From the NCBI GenBank assembly GCA_041687695.1, contig JAWLBL010000001.1:195361-259360 (forward strand): a stretch of DNA of 64,000 nt, in the 5' to 3' direction. The DNA is from Myxococcota bacterium (GTDB taxonomy: Bacteria > Myxococcota_A > UBA9042 > PHBI01 > JAWLBL01). The notes beneath the pieces were generated by a model. It did not search any database, was not told the origin of the DNA, and saw nothing but the letters and a program-made list of their open reading frames with translations. Position numbers and translations under genes: made by a program. Shown piece after piece: positions 10,222 to 21,442 of the stretch. Numbering within the stretch: position 1 is the first letter of the stretch; every line of letters begins with the position of its first letter.

Positions 10222-11022
10222 ATGGGTCGAACCGCCGCGCTCCTCATCCTGCCGGTGGCCGTCGCTTGGGTCACGCTGGGCGGGCTCGCGTCCCCCCTAC
10301 GCGCCGAACCGAACGCCTCCGAGCCGGACGCCTCCGAGCCGGACGCCCCCTCCCCCGCCGAGGCACCGAGCGGCTTCGGCCCCGAGGACTACGTCCGGGT
10401 CGTCCTCGAGGCCCCGGGCCCGACGCCCTTCCACGAGATCCGCTACGAGGTCGTGCGCCGCGGCCCCGCCGCCGCCGCCATGCACCGCCGCGAGCTGCCC
10501 GGCCACGGCGAGTCGCTGCACGGCATGGCCCTGCTGACCCGCGACGAGGAGGCCGCCCTGCGCGCCCTCATCGATCGCGCGGGGGCCCTGACCCTGCCCG
10601 ACGCCCCGGCCCTGCCCGCGCAACCCGGCGCCGAGGGCCTGCAGTGGCGCGTCGAGCTTTCGCTGGACGGCCGGACGCACCGCTTCCGCGTCCGCGACCC
10701 CATCAACCAGCCCGACCGCCGCTACTGGGCGCTGGTCGGCGGCGTCCGCGACGTCGTCCGCCGCCACGCGGGCGAGCAGCCCTTCCGCAACGTCTTCTTC
10801 GACCCCGGCCACCTGGGCTGGGTCAACCTGGTCTCGGTCCCCGCGGCGCGCGTCTGGGTCGACGGCTTCGACACGCGCCTCGAGACGCCGCTGTACGGCT
10901 ACGAGCTGCGCGCGGGCGCCCACGAGGTGCGCCTGGTCAGCCTCGACGGCGCCTGGGACCGCACCTACACCATCCGCGTCGAGCCGGGCGGCACGACGCA
11001 CCTCGCGGTGGACCTGCGATGA
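10222..11022 (+). CDS. Exported protein with C-terminal PEGA domain
   Basis: Signal peptide, and C-terminal LVSVPAARVWVDG...TPL...LRAGAHEVRL PEGA pattern. Confidence 0.75.
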   Translation: MGRTAALLILPVAVAWVTLGGLASPLRAEPNASEPDASEPDAPSPAEAPSGFGPEDYVRVVLEAPGPTPFHEIRYEVVRRGPAAAAMHRRELPGHGESLHGMALLTRDEEAALRALIDRAGALTLPDAPALPAQPGAEGLQWRVELSLDGRTHRFRVRDPINQPDRRYWALVGGVRDVVRRHAGEQPFRNVFFDPGHLGWVNLVSVPAARVWVDGFDTRLETPLYGYELRAGAHEVRLVSLDGAWDRTYTIRVEPGGTTHLAVDLR

Positions 11023-11079
11023 CGTGGCGCCTGCCGGACCCGCCGCCGCCCCCGCGCGCCGAGGTGGACCTTGCGTGAC

Positions 11080-13122
11080 ATGGGCCGGTCCTGGCCTCGC
11101 TGGCTGGGGCTCCTCTCCCTGGCGACCCTGGTCTGGTGGGGCGTGTCGGCCCTCGATCCCGACGCGCAGCGCGTCGAGCGGGTCGCCGCCGCGTCCCTGG
11201 CGCGCGCCAGCCTGGGCGCCCTCTCCGAGCACGCCGGCGGCCACGGCCCCTTGGAGGTCGGCGCGCTCGACCTGCGCTGGAGCCCCGCGTGCGAGACGGG
11301 CGGCGCCGACGTCCTCGCCCGCGCCGTCCGCGAGGTGCCGGGCGCGCCGGGACGCCTCGTCGTCGACTGCGGCCGCGACCACGGCCACATCCGGATGGCC
11401 CTGACCCTCGAGGGCCTCGGCGACGGCGCGCCCTGGCTCCACGCGGCCGACACCCCCGTGCCCACTGGCGTCTCGCTCCTGCCGGCCATCCTGGTCGTCC
11501 TGGTCGCGCTCTTCTTCCGCAACGTCCTGACGGCCCTCTTCGCCGCCATCGTCCTCGGCGCCCTGCTCGCCGAGGACCTCGCCATCGGCCCCGCCCTGGA
11601 GCGCGCCGCCACCAGCTACCTGTGGGACAGCGCCACCGATCCCTTCAGCCTCTACATCTTCGGCTTCACCCTCGCCCTGGTCGGCGCCGTCCACGTCTCT
11701 ATCGCCATGGGCGGCATGCAGGGCGTCGTCGACCGCCTGCGGCGCATGGCCCGCGGCGTCCGCTCGACCCAGCTCGCCACCGCCCTGATGGGCCTCGCCG
11801 TCTTCTTCGACGACTACGCCAACGCGGTCGTCGTCGGCTCGTCCGCCCGCCCGCTCACCGACGGCCAGCGCATCAGCCGCGAGAAGCTGGCCTGGATCGT
11901 CGACTCGACGGCCGCCCCGGTCGCCGGCCTGGCCGTCATCTCGACCTGGATCGGCGTCGAGATCCAGCTGTTCGAGCAGCAGCTGCCCTACCTCGGCGGC
12001 CAGGCGACCAGCGGCTACGACCTGTTCCTGCAGGTCCTGCCCTACCGCTTCTACTGCCTGTTCGCGCTGGCCCTGGTCTTCATCGTCGTCCTGACCGGCC
12101 GCGACTTCGGCCCCATGCTCGAGGCCGAGCGCCGCGCCCGCGGCGGCCGCGTCGCGCCGGTCGAGGCCCGCGGCCTGACCGGCCGCCGCCTGTCCGAGAC
12201 GCTCGCCAAGCCCGGCGCGCGCCCCCGCGCCGTCAACGCCCTGGCGCCCATCCTGCTGGTCCTGGTGGGCACCTTCGCCGCCTTCATCACCATCGGCGCC
12301 GGCCGCCTCGAGGCCGACGGCCGCGTCCTGTCGCTGCTCAGCCCCGCCGACCTCGGCGACGCCTTCATCGCGGTGGGCGACGACAACGTGGCGGTCCTGT
12401 TCTGGGCCGCCGTGGCCGGCAGCGTCCTCGCCCTCGCCCTCGCCCTCGTCCAGCGCCTGCTCACCGTGCGCGAGGCGCTGGTCGCCTGGCTCCACGGCGC
12501 GCGCACCATGCTGGTCGCCGTGGCCATCCTCATCCTGGCCTCGGGCATCCGCAAGGTCACCGAGGACCTCGGCGCCGCCAGCTTCATGGTCGCCCTGATG
12601 GGCGACGTCGAGGCCTGGACGCTCCCGGTCGTCACCTTCCTGGTCGCCGCCGCGGTCGCCTTCAGCACCGGCACCAGCTGGGGCACCATGGGCATCCTGC
12701 TGCCCGTCGCCATCCCGCTCGCCGCCGCCGTCACCGCCGAGCAGGGCGGCGCACCCATCGTCCTGCTGCTCGTCGCCGCCTCCGTCCTCGACGGCGCCAT
12801 CTTCGGCGACCACTGCTCGGTCATCAGCGACACCACCGTCATGAGCTCGACCGCCTGCCACTGCGATCACGTCGCCCACGTCCGCACCCAGATCCCCTAC
12901 GCCCTGCTGGCCATGGTCGCCGCGGCGGGCGCCGGCTACCTGCTCGCCCCGCAGCTGGGCGGCGGCCTGGCCGTCCTGGGCTGCCACGCCGCGGGGCTGG
13001 CCGCGATGTTGCTCTTCGTGCGGGTCCGTGGCCGCATCGCGCGCGCCGAGGCCTCGCCCGCCGCGACGCCGGCCGCCGGGGGCGTGCCCGCCTCGAAGGC
13101 CGCCGCCGCGCGCGAGCCCTGA
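11080..13122 (+). CDS. Na+/H+ antiporter NhaC family protein
   Basis: FFDDYAN, ISREKLAWIVDSTAAPV, FSTGTSWGTMGIL and GAIFGDHCS.ISDTT motifs. There is an extra N-terminal soluble segment. Confidence 0.9.
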   Translation: MGRSWPRWLGLLSLATLVWWGVSALDPDAQRVERVAAASLARASLGALSEHAGGHGPLEVGALDLRWSPACETGGADVLARAVREVPGAPGRLVVDCGRDHGHIRMALTLEGLGDGAPWLHAADTPVPTGVSLLPAILVVLVALFFRNVLTALFAAIVLGALLAEDLAIGPALERAATSYLWDSATDPFSLYIFGFTLALVGAVHVSIAMGGMQGVVDRLRRMARGVRSTQLATALMGLAVFFDDYANAVVVGSSARPLTDGQRISREKLAWIVDSTAAPVAGLAVISTWIGVEIQLFEQQLPYLGGQATSGYDLFLQVLPYRFYCLFALALVFIVVLTGRDFGPMLEAERRARGGRVAPVEARGLTGRRLSETLAKPGARPRAVNALAPILLVLVGTFAAFITIGAGRLEADGRVLSLLSPADLGDAFIAVGDDNVAVLFWAAVAGSVLALALALVQRLLTVREALVAWLHGARTMLVAVAILILASGIRKVTEDLGAASFMVALMGDVEAWTLPVVTFLVAAAVAFSTGTSWGTMGILLPVAIPLAAAVTAEQGGAPIVLLLVAASVLDGAIFGDHCSVISDTTVMSSTACHCDHVAHVRTQIPYALLAMVAAAGAGYLLAPQLGGGLAVLGCHAAGLAAMLLFVRVRGRIARAEASPAATPAAGGVPASKAAAAREP

Positions 13123-13139
13123 GCCGCGCGAGGAGCCCC

Positions 13140-13958
13140 ATGACCCGACTGCAGATCCTGCGCCGAGGCGTCGACCGCCCCCCGGCCGTCGCCGGCCGCT
13201 TCTACCCGGACGACCCGCTGGCCCTCGAGGCGCTGGTCGACGCCCTGGTCGCGCAGGCCCGCGCCCACGTCCCCGGCGGCGAGGACGTCCGGATCGTCCT
13301 GTGCCCCCACGCGGGCTACGCCTACTCGGGGCCGACCGCCGGGGCCGCCTTCGCCGCCGTGCCCGCCGACGTCTCGCGCGTCGTCCTGGTCGGCCCGGCC
13401 CACCGGGTCGCCTTCGACGGGGTCAGCGCCGGCGACTTCGCCCACTACGTGACGCCGCTCGGCGCGCTGGCGGTCGATCGCGAGGCCATCGCCGACCTCG
13501 AGTCGCGCAGCCTCGTCACCTGCGTCCCCGAGGCCCACGCGGCCGAGCACTGCCTCGAGGTCATCGTGCCGTTCCTGCAGGTCGTCTGCGGCGACCTCGA
13601 GATCCTGCCGCTGCTGGTCGGCCGCGCCGGCCCCGAGGCCGTCGACGCGGTGCTCGAGGCGGCGCTGGCCCCGGGCGACCTGCTCGTCGTCAGCTCGGAT
13701 CTGTCCCACGGCCTCGGCTACGACGAGGCCTGCGCCCGCGACCGCCGGACCCTCGAGGCCGTCGCCTGCGGCGAGTGGCGCCACCTGAGCGGACACGACG
13801 CCTGCGGCCACAAGGGGCTCGGCGCGGCCATGCGGCTCGCGGCGCGCCGCGGCTGGCGCCCCGATCTGCTGGACTACCGCAACTCGGGGGACACCGCCGG
13901 GAGCCGTGCCGCGGGGGACTACATCGTCGGCTACGGCGCCGCCTGCTGGACCGCGTGA
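13140..13958 (+). CDS. amrB: AmmeMemoRadiSam system protein B (MEMO family)
   Basis: AGGAG SD. Motifs PAVAGRFYP, PHAGYAYSG, EHCLEV, SSDLSH and Y.NSGDT...VGY. Confidence 0.9.
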   Translation: MTRLQILRRGVDRPPAVAGRFYPDDPLALEALVDALVAQARAHVPGGEDVRIVLCPHAGYAYSGPTAGAAFAAVPADVSRVVLVGPAHRVAFDGVSAGDFAHYVTPLGALAVDREAIADLESRSLVTCVPEAHAAEHCLEVIVPFLQVVCGDLEILPLLVGRAGPEAVDAVLEAALAPGDLLVVSSDLSHGLGYDEACARDRRTLEAVACGEWRHLSGHDACGHKGLGAAMRLAARRGWRPDLLDYRNSGDTAGSRAAGDYIVGYGAACWTA

Positions 13959-14057
13959 CCTCCGAGGCCGCCCCAGGGCTGGCTTCGGGCTGGAAACACG
14001 GGATCCCATCCCCTATAAAGCCCCGGTTACGGTCGTCACCGGGACGTCACCTGGTCT

Positions 14058-16541
14058 ATGGAACGAAATCTAGCCGCCTCCGCCGCCCCCTCCCTGGTCA
14101 CGCCCGCCTCCCGGACGCGCTGGCCGGGCCCGCCGCGCCCGGTCACCCTGCTCCACGTCGCCGCGCTGCTCGTGCCGCTGAGCCTCATCGTGCTCGGGTG
14201 CAAGCTCCACAAGGGGCTGACCCTGTCGAGCGACCTGGGCTTCGGTGACGTCGTCGGCCTGCTGGCGCAGGACGTCGGCTTCCTGGGCCTGTACGGCCTG
14301 GGCTGGACGGTCGCGCTGGCCGCCGGCGCCGGAAGGCGTTGGCTGCGCTGGGCCACCGGGTCCGCCTTCCACGTCGTGACCTTCACCCTGATGGTCGTCG
14401 CGGTCATCGAGCACGGCTTCTTCGTCGCGACCGGCACCAGCCTCGACTGGTACATGGTCGAGTACGGCTACCAGAACTTCGGCGCCTTGAAGGACGTCAT
14501 CGCCAGCGAGGTCAAGGCCCCCGTCTGGATCGGGTTCGGCACGCTGGTCCTGCTGGTCACGGCGCCGCTGGCGCTGGCCCGCCTCCCGTTCGTGCGCCGC
14601 CTGGCCGCGCGCGAGGTGAGCGCCGGTGACTGGACGCGGCCCTGGGCCGTCCCGCTGCACGCCAGCGTGGTGCTGACCATCGCCCTGGGGCTCGGGCTCA
14701 CCGGCGGGAGCGTCGCCGACGACCTGGTCTCGCTGCGCCAGAACGTCTACGTCGACCTCGGGGGCGAGGCCATCGCCGCCGCCCTGACGCCGCCGGCCGA
14801 GGAGATCGCCCGCGCGGCCGAGCCGTGGAGCCCGCTGCGGGTCACGGCCACCCAGGCGACGCGCCGCCACAACGTGGTGCTGGTCGTGCTCGAGTCGTCG
14901 CGCGCCTCGGCCTTCAGCCCCTACGGCGCGCCGGCCGATCTCACGCCCAACTTCACGAAGCTGGCCGATCGCGGGCGCCTGGTGAAGAACGGCTACACGG
15001 TCATCCCGCACACCAGCAAGGCGCTGGTGGCCATCCAATGCGGCATGTACCCCAAGATCGCGACGCCCATCGACGAGGCCGCCCCCGGCGCGCTGCCGTC
15101 TGAGTGCCTCGCCGGGATCCTGCGCGAGGAGGGCTACGCCACGGCCTTCTTCCAGCCGGCCGAGGAGAACTTCGAGCGCCGCCGCGAGCTGGTCGCCAAC
15201 TTCGGCTTCGAGCACTTCGTCGGGCGCGAGGGCCTGGCCGAGGCCGGCTACAAGGAGAGCAACTACTTCGGCTACGAGGACGACGCGATGATCGGCCCCG
15301 CGATGGCGTGGGTCGACGAGGTGTCGAAGAAGGGGCCGTTCCTGCTCAGCGTGCTGACGCTGACGGCGCACCACAACTACCAGATCCCGCCCGGCTTCAA
15401 GCGCCGCAAGCTGGCGGACAACCCCACGCTCGACCGGTACCTGAACACCATCGCCTACACCGACCGCTTCCTGGGCAAGCTGGTGGACGAGCTGGACCGC
15501 CGCGGGCGCCTCGAGGACACGCTGTTCCTGGTCGTGGGCGACCACGGCGAGGCCTTCGGCGAGCACAAGCGCAACCAGCACGACAACGTGCTGTACGAAG
15601 AGGGCGTCCACGTCCCGATGCTGGTCGCCGGGCCCGGGGTCGAGCCGGGGTCGCCCATCGAGGGGCTGCGGCAGAGCATCGACATCGTGCCGACGGTGCT
15701 GGATCTGCTGGGCTACGACGTGCGCGGAGGCCTCATCGCCGGCAAGAGCCTGATGGAGCCCGAGGGCCACGACCGCATCTACACGTCGTGCTGGTACAAG
15801 GACAACTGCATGGCGGTCCGCGTGGGCCCTCGCAAGATCCTGTATCACTACCAAAAGCGGGGCCTCGAGGTCTTCAACGTGGTCGACGACCCGGGCGAGA
15901 CGGTGAACCTGGCCGGCGAGGGCAACTCGCTCACCCGGCTCGAGATCGACGCCGCGATCGAGGACATGAAGGGCTGGAAGGAGCGCGTCAACGCCATCTA
16001 CGCCGCGGGCAGCCGCAGCCAGAAGGAGAAGTTCGTCTCGAGGACGGCGCCGACCCCGCGCTTCCCGCTCGACGTGCAGCTGGGCGAGCACGTCAAGCTC
16101 ATCGGCTACGACCTCGAGTCGACCGAGCTGGTCGTCGGCGTGCCGACCGTCGTGACCTACTACTTCCAGGTCCTTGGCAACCCCGGCCCGGGCTGGCGCC
16201 TGTTCACGCACCTCGAGGGCCCCAAGTTCATCAACGTCGACCACACGGCCGTCGAGGGCACCTACCCGGCCTCCGAGTGGCAGGCCGGCGAGTACATCGA
16301 GGACCGGCACACCTTTCGCATCAACCCGGGCCGGCCCGCCGGGCGCTACAAGCTGAAGATCGGCCTGTACGACGAGGGCGGCAAGGGCCTCGAGGCGCGC
16401 GCGCTGCCGGTCGACCTCCGCAAGCAGGGGGGCGAGCCGGGGGTCGAGATCGACGACAAGCGGCGGGTCACCATCGCCACGTTCGAGGCCACCGATCCCA
16501 AGAACGCGATTGTAGAGGATGGCCACACCGACGGACATTGA
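14058..16541 (+). CDS. Membrane-anchored sulfatase/LTA-synthase-family protein with C-terminal Ig-like domain
   Basis: About 5 N-terminal TM helices. Motifs NVVLVVLES, PHTSKA, LTAHHNY, VVGDHGEAFGEH and LYEEGVHVP. Confidence 0.85.
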   Translation: MERNLAASAAPSLVTPASRTRWPGPPRPVTLLHVAALLVPLSLIVLGCKLHKGLTLSSDLGFGDVVGLLAQDVGFLGLYGLGWTVALAAGAGRRWLRWATGSAFHVVTFTLMVVAVIEHGFFVATGTSLDWYMVEYGYQNFGALKDVIASEVKAPVWIGFGTLVLLVTAPLALARLPFVRRLAAREVSAGDWTRPWAVPLHASVVLTIALGLGLTGGSVADDLVSLRQNVYVDLGGEAIAAALTPPAEEIARAAEPWSPLRVTATQATRRHNVVLVVLESSRASAFSPYGAPADLTPNFTKLADRGRLVKNGYTVIPHTSKALVAIQCGMYPKIATPIDEAAPGALPSECLAGILREEGYATAFFQPAEENFERRRELVANFGFEHFVGREGLAEAGYKESNYFGYEDDAMIGPAMAWVDEVSKKGPFLLSVLTLTAHHNYQIPPGFKRRKLADNPTLDRYLNTIAYTDRFLGKLVDELDRRGRLEDTLFLVVGDHGEAFGEHKRNQHDNVLYEEGVHVPMLVAGPGVEPGSPIEGLRQSIDIVPTVLDLLGYDVRGGLIAGKSLMEPEGHDRIYTSCWYKDNCMAVRVGPRKILYHYQKRGLEVFNVVDDPGETVNLAGEGNSLTRLEIDAAIEDMKGWKERVNAIYAAGSRSQKEKFVSRTAPTPRFPLDVQLGEHVKLIGYDLESTELVVGVPTVVTYYFQVLGNPGPGWRLFTHLEGPKFINVDHTAVEGTYPASEWQAGEYIEDRHTFRINPGRPAGRYKLKIGLYDEGGKGLEARALPVDLRKQGGEPGVEIDDKRRVTIATFEATDPKNAIVEDGHTDGH

Positions 16542-16716
16542 GGTGTAGTCGTTCTCTACACTCGCCGCGCGGCCGAGGGCGGCCGGTTGGAAGGCCGAGG
16601 GCGGCCGTTCGGGCGCGTCTTGCGGTGAGGCGCCTCCCTGCCCATGATGGCGTGCGACTTGCAGGTGATGTACGTCACACCTCGTCACACCTGCACCACG
16701 CTCCTGGAGGGGACCC

Positions 16717-18456
16717 ATGAGGACGATGACCCGGCTGGCCCGTCGGCACGCGCCGCTCTCCGCCGCGGCCCTGGCGCTCGCCGCCGCCGCCGCCACGCTC
16801 GCGACGCCCACCACGGCCACCGCCTGCGGCGGCTTCTTCTGCAACCAGCAGCCCATCGACCAGGCGGGCGAGCAGATCGTCTTCACGGTCGCCGGCGACC
16901 AGATCCAGGCGACCATCCAGATCTCGTACAGCGGCGAGGCCAAGGACTTCGCCTGGGTCATCCCGGTGGCGTCCAAGCCGACCCTCAGCGTCGGCTCGCA
17001 GGCCCTCTTCACGCGCCTCGACCAGTTCACGCGCCCGCAGTTCTACCTGCAGTGGGACAACTCGGACGGCCAGTGCGGCGGGTGGTGGATGTGGGAGGCC
17101 GACGCCGCGGCCGGCGGCCCGCCCGCGCCCTCGAACGACGACGGCGTGCAGGTCGTCGCCCAGGAGGAGGTCGGCCCCTACCAGACGGTCACGCTCGACT
17201 CCGACGACGCCGACGCGCTGGTCAAGTGGCTCAACGACAACGACTTCGACCAGCCCGCCGAGTCGCTGCCGCTCATCGAGCACTACGTCGCGCAGGACAT
17301 GCTGTTCGTCGCGCTCAAGCTCAAGCAGGACGCGGGCGTCGGCGACATCCAGCCCATCGTGCTCGAGTTCCAGGAGCAGAGCCCCTGCGTGCCGCTGGTC
17401 CTGACGCAGATCGCGGCCCTGCCGGACATGCCGGTGCGCCTGTGGATCTTCGGCGAGTCGCGCGCGGTCCCGAGCAACTGGTTCCACGTCGTCATCAACC
17501 ACAAGAAGATCGACTGGCTCAACGGCGGCGCGAACTACTCCGATCTGGTGACCCAGGCGGTCGACGAGGCCGCCGGCCACGGCTTCGTGACCGAGTACGC
17601 GGGCACCTCCGAGGTGCTGAAGGAGCAGCTGTACAAGGAGGGCCAGTACGACATCGCCAAGCTGGCCGCCATCAGCGATCCGGGCGACTTCATGGAGGAG
17701 ATCATGGCCCAGCAGTTCCCGGCCGACTCGGTGCTGCGGGGCCTGCTGCGCAAGTACATCCCCATGCCGCAGAGCCTGGTCGACGAGGGCGTGAGCGAGA
17801 ACCAGTTCTACAACAGCCTGTCGAACTACGAGTACGCGCTGCCCGAGGACTACGCGCTGGACGGCGCGGCCTTCGCGGCCGAGCTGGACGACAAGGTCGT
17901 CACGCCGCTGAAGAACGCGCAGACGGCCATCGATCGCCACCGCTACATGACGCGGCTGTACACGACCGTGTCGCCCGAGGAGATGAACCGCGACCCGCTG
18001 TTCCACATGAACCCGGATCTCCCGGACGTGTCGAACGTGCACACCGCCAGCGGCAAGGCCGAGTGCGGCGACGACGGCCAGGTCGCCAAGATCGTCATCA
18101 CCCTCGAGAGCGGCGAGACGGTCGAGATCCCGGGGCCGTTCGACAACTGGTGGAGCGTGCCCGTGGCCGACTACGCGCCCAACGAGCCGGCCGCGGCGCG
18201 CATCGAGCTGGTCGGCGCGACCGGCGAGCCGACGCTGGTCGATCCGACCAAGGCGCGGCAGGTGGACGGGCGGCTGGACAAGTCGACCCCGATCCAGGTC
18301 ATCAGCGAGCTCGAGCCGTTCACGCCGCCGGCGACGCCGGGTCCGAGCGGCACGGCCAAGTCCACGGGCGGCTGCGCGGGCGGCGCGGCCGGTGGGCTGG
18401 GCCTGGCGCTGGCCGGGCTGGCGCTGGCCGGGCTGCGCCGGCGCCGCGACGCCTAG
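16717..18456 (+). CDS. DUF2330 domain protein with MYXO-CTERM-like C-terminal sorting signal
   Basis: Signal peptide then ACGGFFC...IDQAGEQIVF...FAWVIPV. C-terminal GGCAGG-hydrophobic helix-RRRR. Confidence 0.85.
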   Translation: MRTMTRLARRHAPLSAAALALAAAAATLATPTTATACGGFFCNQQPIDQAGEQIVFTVAGDQIQATIQISYSGEAKDFAWVIPVASKPTLSVGSQALFTRLDQFTRPQFYLQWDNSDGQCGGWWMWEADAAAGGPPAPSNDDGVQVVAQEEVGPYQTVTLDSDDADALVKWLNDNDFDQPAESLPLIEHYVAQDMLFVALKLKQDAGVGDIQPIVLEFQEQSPCVPLVLTQIAALPDMPVRLWIFGESRAVPSNWFHVVINHKKIDWLNGGANYSDLVTQAVDEAAGHGFVTEYAGTSEVLKEQLYKEGQYDIAKLAAISDPGDFMEEIMAQQFPADSVLRGLLRKYIPMPQSLVDEGVSENQFYNSLSNYEYALPEDYALDGAAFAAELDDKVVTPLKNAQTAIDRHRYMTRLYTTVSPEEMNRDPLFHMNPDLPDVSNVHTASGKAECGDDGQVAKIVITLESGETVEIPGPFDNWWSVPVADYAPNEPAAARIELVGATGEPTLVDPTKARQVDGRLDKSTPIQVISELEPFTPPATPGPSGTAKSTGGCAGGAAGGLGLALAGLALAGLRRRRDA

Positions 18457-18474
18457 TCCGTTCCACGGTCCCCA

Positions 18475-18518
18475 TGACGAGCCCCCGCCCCGCCTCGCGC
18501 GGCGCGGGGGCTTCGTCG
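18475..18518. terminator. Hairpin between convergent genes (possible bidirectional terminator)
   Basis: GACGAGCCCCCGC...GCGGGGGCTTCGTC inverted repeat between the stops at 18456 and 18520. Confidence 0.6.
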
Positions 18519-18519
18519 T

Positions 18520-19356
<837 letters not shown>

Positions 19357-19409
19357 GGGCGACTCCGGGTGCGCGGGGCAGGACGCGCGAGCCGGCGCGC
19401 CGATTCCCC

Positions 19410-20396
19410 TCAGGCCCCGCGCGCGACCAGGCGCCAGCTGCGGTGGATGGGCCCGCGGAAGTCCGGCGGGACCGTCTTGTGGGTCATCTCGGTGGCGTTG
19501 GCGCCCAGGCCGTCCAGGTCGGGCACGAAGCGTCGGAAGTTGGTCGAGAACCAGACGACGCCGCCCGGCGCGACCAGGCGCAGGATGCGCTCGAGCATGG
19601 GGCGGTGGTCGCGCTGGATGTCGAACACGTCGGCCATCTTCTTGGAGTTCGAGAAGGTCGGCGGGTCGACCACCACCAGGTCGTACTGCTCACGGCGGCG
19701 CGCCGGGTCGTCCAGCCAGGCCAGCACGTCGGCGCGCTCGAGGCGGTGATCGCGGCCCTGGAAGCCGTTCAGCGCCAGGTTGTCACGGGCCCACGCCAGA
19801 TAGGTGTTCGACATGTCGACGGTGGTGGTCGAGCGCGCGCCGCCGGCCGCAGCGTACACCGAGAAGGCCCCCGTGTAGGCGAAGAGGTTCAGCATGCGCT
19901 TGCCCGCCGCCTCGCGCTCGACCAGGCCGCGGGTGACGCGGTGGTCCAGGAACAGGCCCGTGTCCAGGTAGTCCGTCAGGTTGACCAGGAAGCGGTGGCC
20001 GCCCTCCGAGACGACGAAGCGCTCGCCCTCGTCGCCGACGCGCTCGTACTGGCTCAGGCCCTTCTGGCGCTGCCGCGTCTTGACGAAGGCGTCGTCGGGC
20101 GACACGCCGAGCTGCGCGGCCGAGGCCGAGACCATCGCCTCGATCCAGGCGTCGTCGGCCTCGTCGACGCCCCGCCGCGCGAACTCCGAGACGTGCAGCC
20201 GCCCCTCGTACCAGTCGATGGCCAGCGGGACCTCGGGGATGTCCCGGTCGTAGACCCGATAGCAGCCGACGCCCTCGCGCGCCGCCCACTTGCGTAGGCG
20301 CCGGACGTTCTTGGTCAGCCGGTGCCGCAGCATCTCGGCCTGCGCCGCGGTCCGCTCGGCCACGGCCGCGCCATCCTGAGACGAATCCTCAACCAT
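19410..20396 (-). CDS. Stand-alone RlmK-like class I SAM rRNA methyltransferase (C-terminal half of RlmKL)
   Basis: CYRVYDRDIPE, VNLTDYLDTGLFLDHR, LNLFAYTG, VDMSNTYL.WA and DPPTFSNSKKM motifs. Confidence 0.88.
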   Translation of the reverse strand: MVEDSSQDGAAVAERTAAQAEMLRHRLTKNVRRLRKWAAREGVGCYRVYDRDIPEVPLAIDWYEGRLHVSEFARRGVDEADDAWIEAMVSASAAQLGVSPDDAFVKTRQRQKGLSQYERVGDEGERFVVSEGGHRFLVNLTDYLDTGLFLDHRVTRGLVEREAAGKRMLNLFAYTGAFSVYAAAGGARSTTTVDMSNTYLAWARDNLALNGFQGRDHRLERADVLAWLDDPARRREQYDLVVVDPPTFSNSKKMADVFDIQRDHRPMLERILRLVAPGGVVWFSTNFRRFVPDLDGLGANATEMTHKTVPPDFRGPIHRSWRLVARGA

Positions 20397-20485
20397 ACCG
20401 CTAACTTGCACTACCCGGAAGCGGCCCCCTAGGCTTCGACGCTCCCACCGAGCCGCCCGGCTCGCAGCGCCTGGAGGCCCGCCCC

Positions 20486-21424
20486 GTGCGAACCCCGACC
20501 CGTCCCGCCGCCTTCCTCCTCACGCTGGCCCTTTGTGTCACCTTCGCGACCGCCGCGCCAGCCCAGACCGCCCCCGCCGCTCCCGCCTCCCCCGGCGGCC
20601 CCGGGGCCGGCTCCGTCCTGCGCCAGGAGCGCCCCGACGCCCTCGACTGGAAGTTCCCGCGCTTCCGCGCCAGCCAGTACGGCGCCACGGCCGGCCTGCT
20701 GACCGGCATGCTGGCCATCGACGTGCTGGGCCTGAAGTCCTCGGACGTCCGCTGGTCGGGCGGCGTCCTGCTGGACGACTTCGTCCGCGACGAGCTGCGC
20801 GCCGGCAGCCAGGCCGGCCGCGACCGCGCCGACCAGGCCAGCGACGTGCTGCTGTGGTCGCTGATGGCCGCCCCGATGCTGGACGCCGGCCTGACCGCGG
20901 GCGTCGCGCACGGCAACGGCGACGTCGCCTGGCAGATGGCGATGATCAACGCGCAGTCCTTCGCCGTGACCGGCCTGACCCAGAAGGTCACCAAGCGCGT
21001 CTTCGGCCGCGCGCGCCCGTACACCGAGGAGTGCGCCAAGGACCCGGACGCCAAGCACTGCGGCTCGAGCAGCTCGAACCAGGGCTTCATCAGCGGGCAC
21101 TCGGCCATGGCCTTCACCGCCGCGGGCCTGATGTGCGCGCACCACGAGAACCTGCCCCTGTACGGGGGCGGCTTCGCCGACCGCGCGGCCTGCGGCGTCG
21201 CCCTGGGCGCCGCGACCGCCACCGGGCTGCTGCGCATCTCGGCCGACAAGCACTACGCGACCGACGTCCTCGCGGGCGCCGCGGTGGGGCTGGCGTCCGG
21301 GTACCTGCTGCCCAAGTGGCTCCACTATGGGTTCGGCGACGACGACGACGAGGGCGTGCCGGACACCTACGTCGCCCCGGCCGCCGGCGAGTTCACCGGG
21401 TTCACGATGGGCGGCCGCTTCTGA
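20486..21424 (+). CDS. PAP2-family phosphatase
   Basis: K....RARP, SGH and R...DKHY.TD motifs, with a signal peptide. Confidence 0.85.
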   Translation: MRTPTRPAAFLLTLALCVTFATAAPAQTAPAAPASPGGPGAGSVLRQERPDALDWKFPRFRASQYGATAGLLTGMLAIDVLGLKSSDVRWSGGVLLDDFVRDELRAGSQAGRDRADQASDVLLWSLMAAPMLDAGLTAGVAHGNGDVAWQMAMINAQSFAVTGLTQKVTKRVFGRARPYTEECAKDPDAKHCGSSSSNQGFISGHSAMAFTAAGLMCAHHENLPLYGGGFADRAACGVALGAATATGLLRISADKHYATDVLAGAAVGLASGYLLPKWLHYGFGDDDDEGVPDTYVAPAAGEFTGFTMGGRF

Positions 21425-21442
21425 GGCCGGCGAGCGGCGCGC

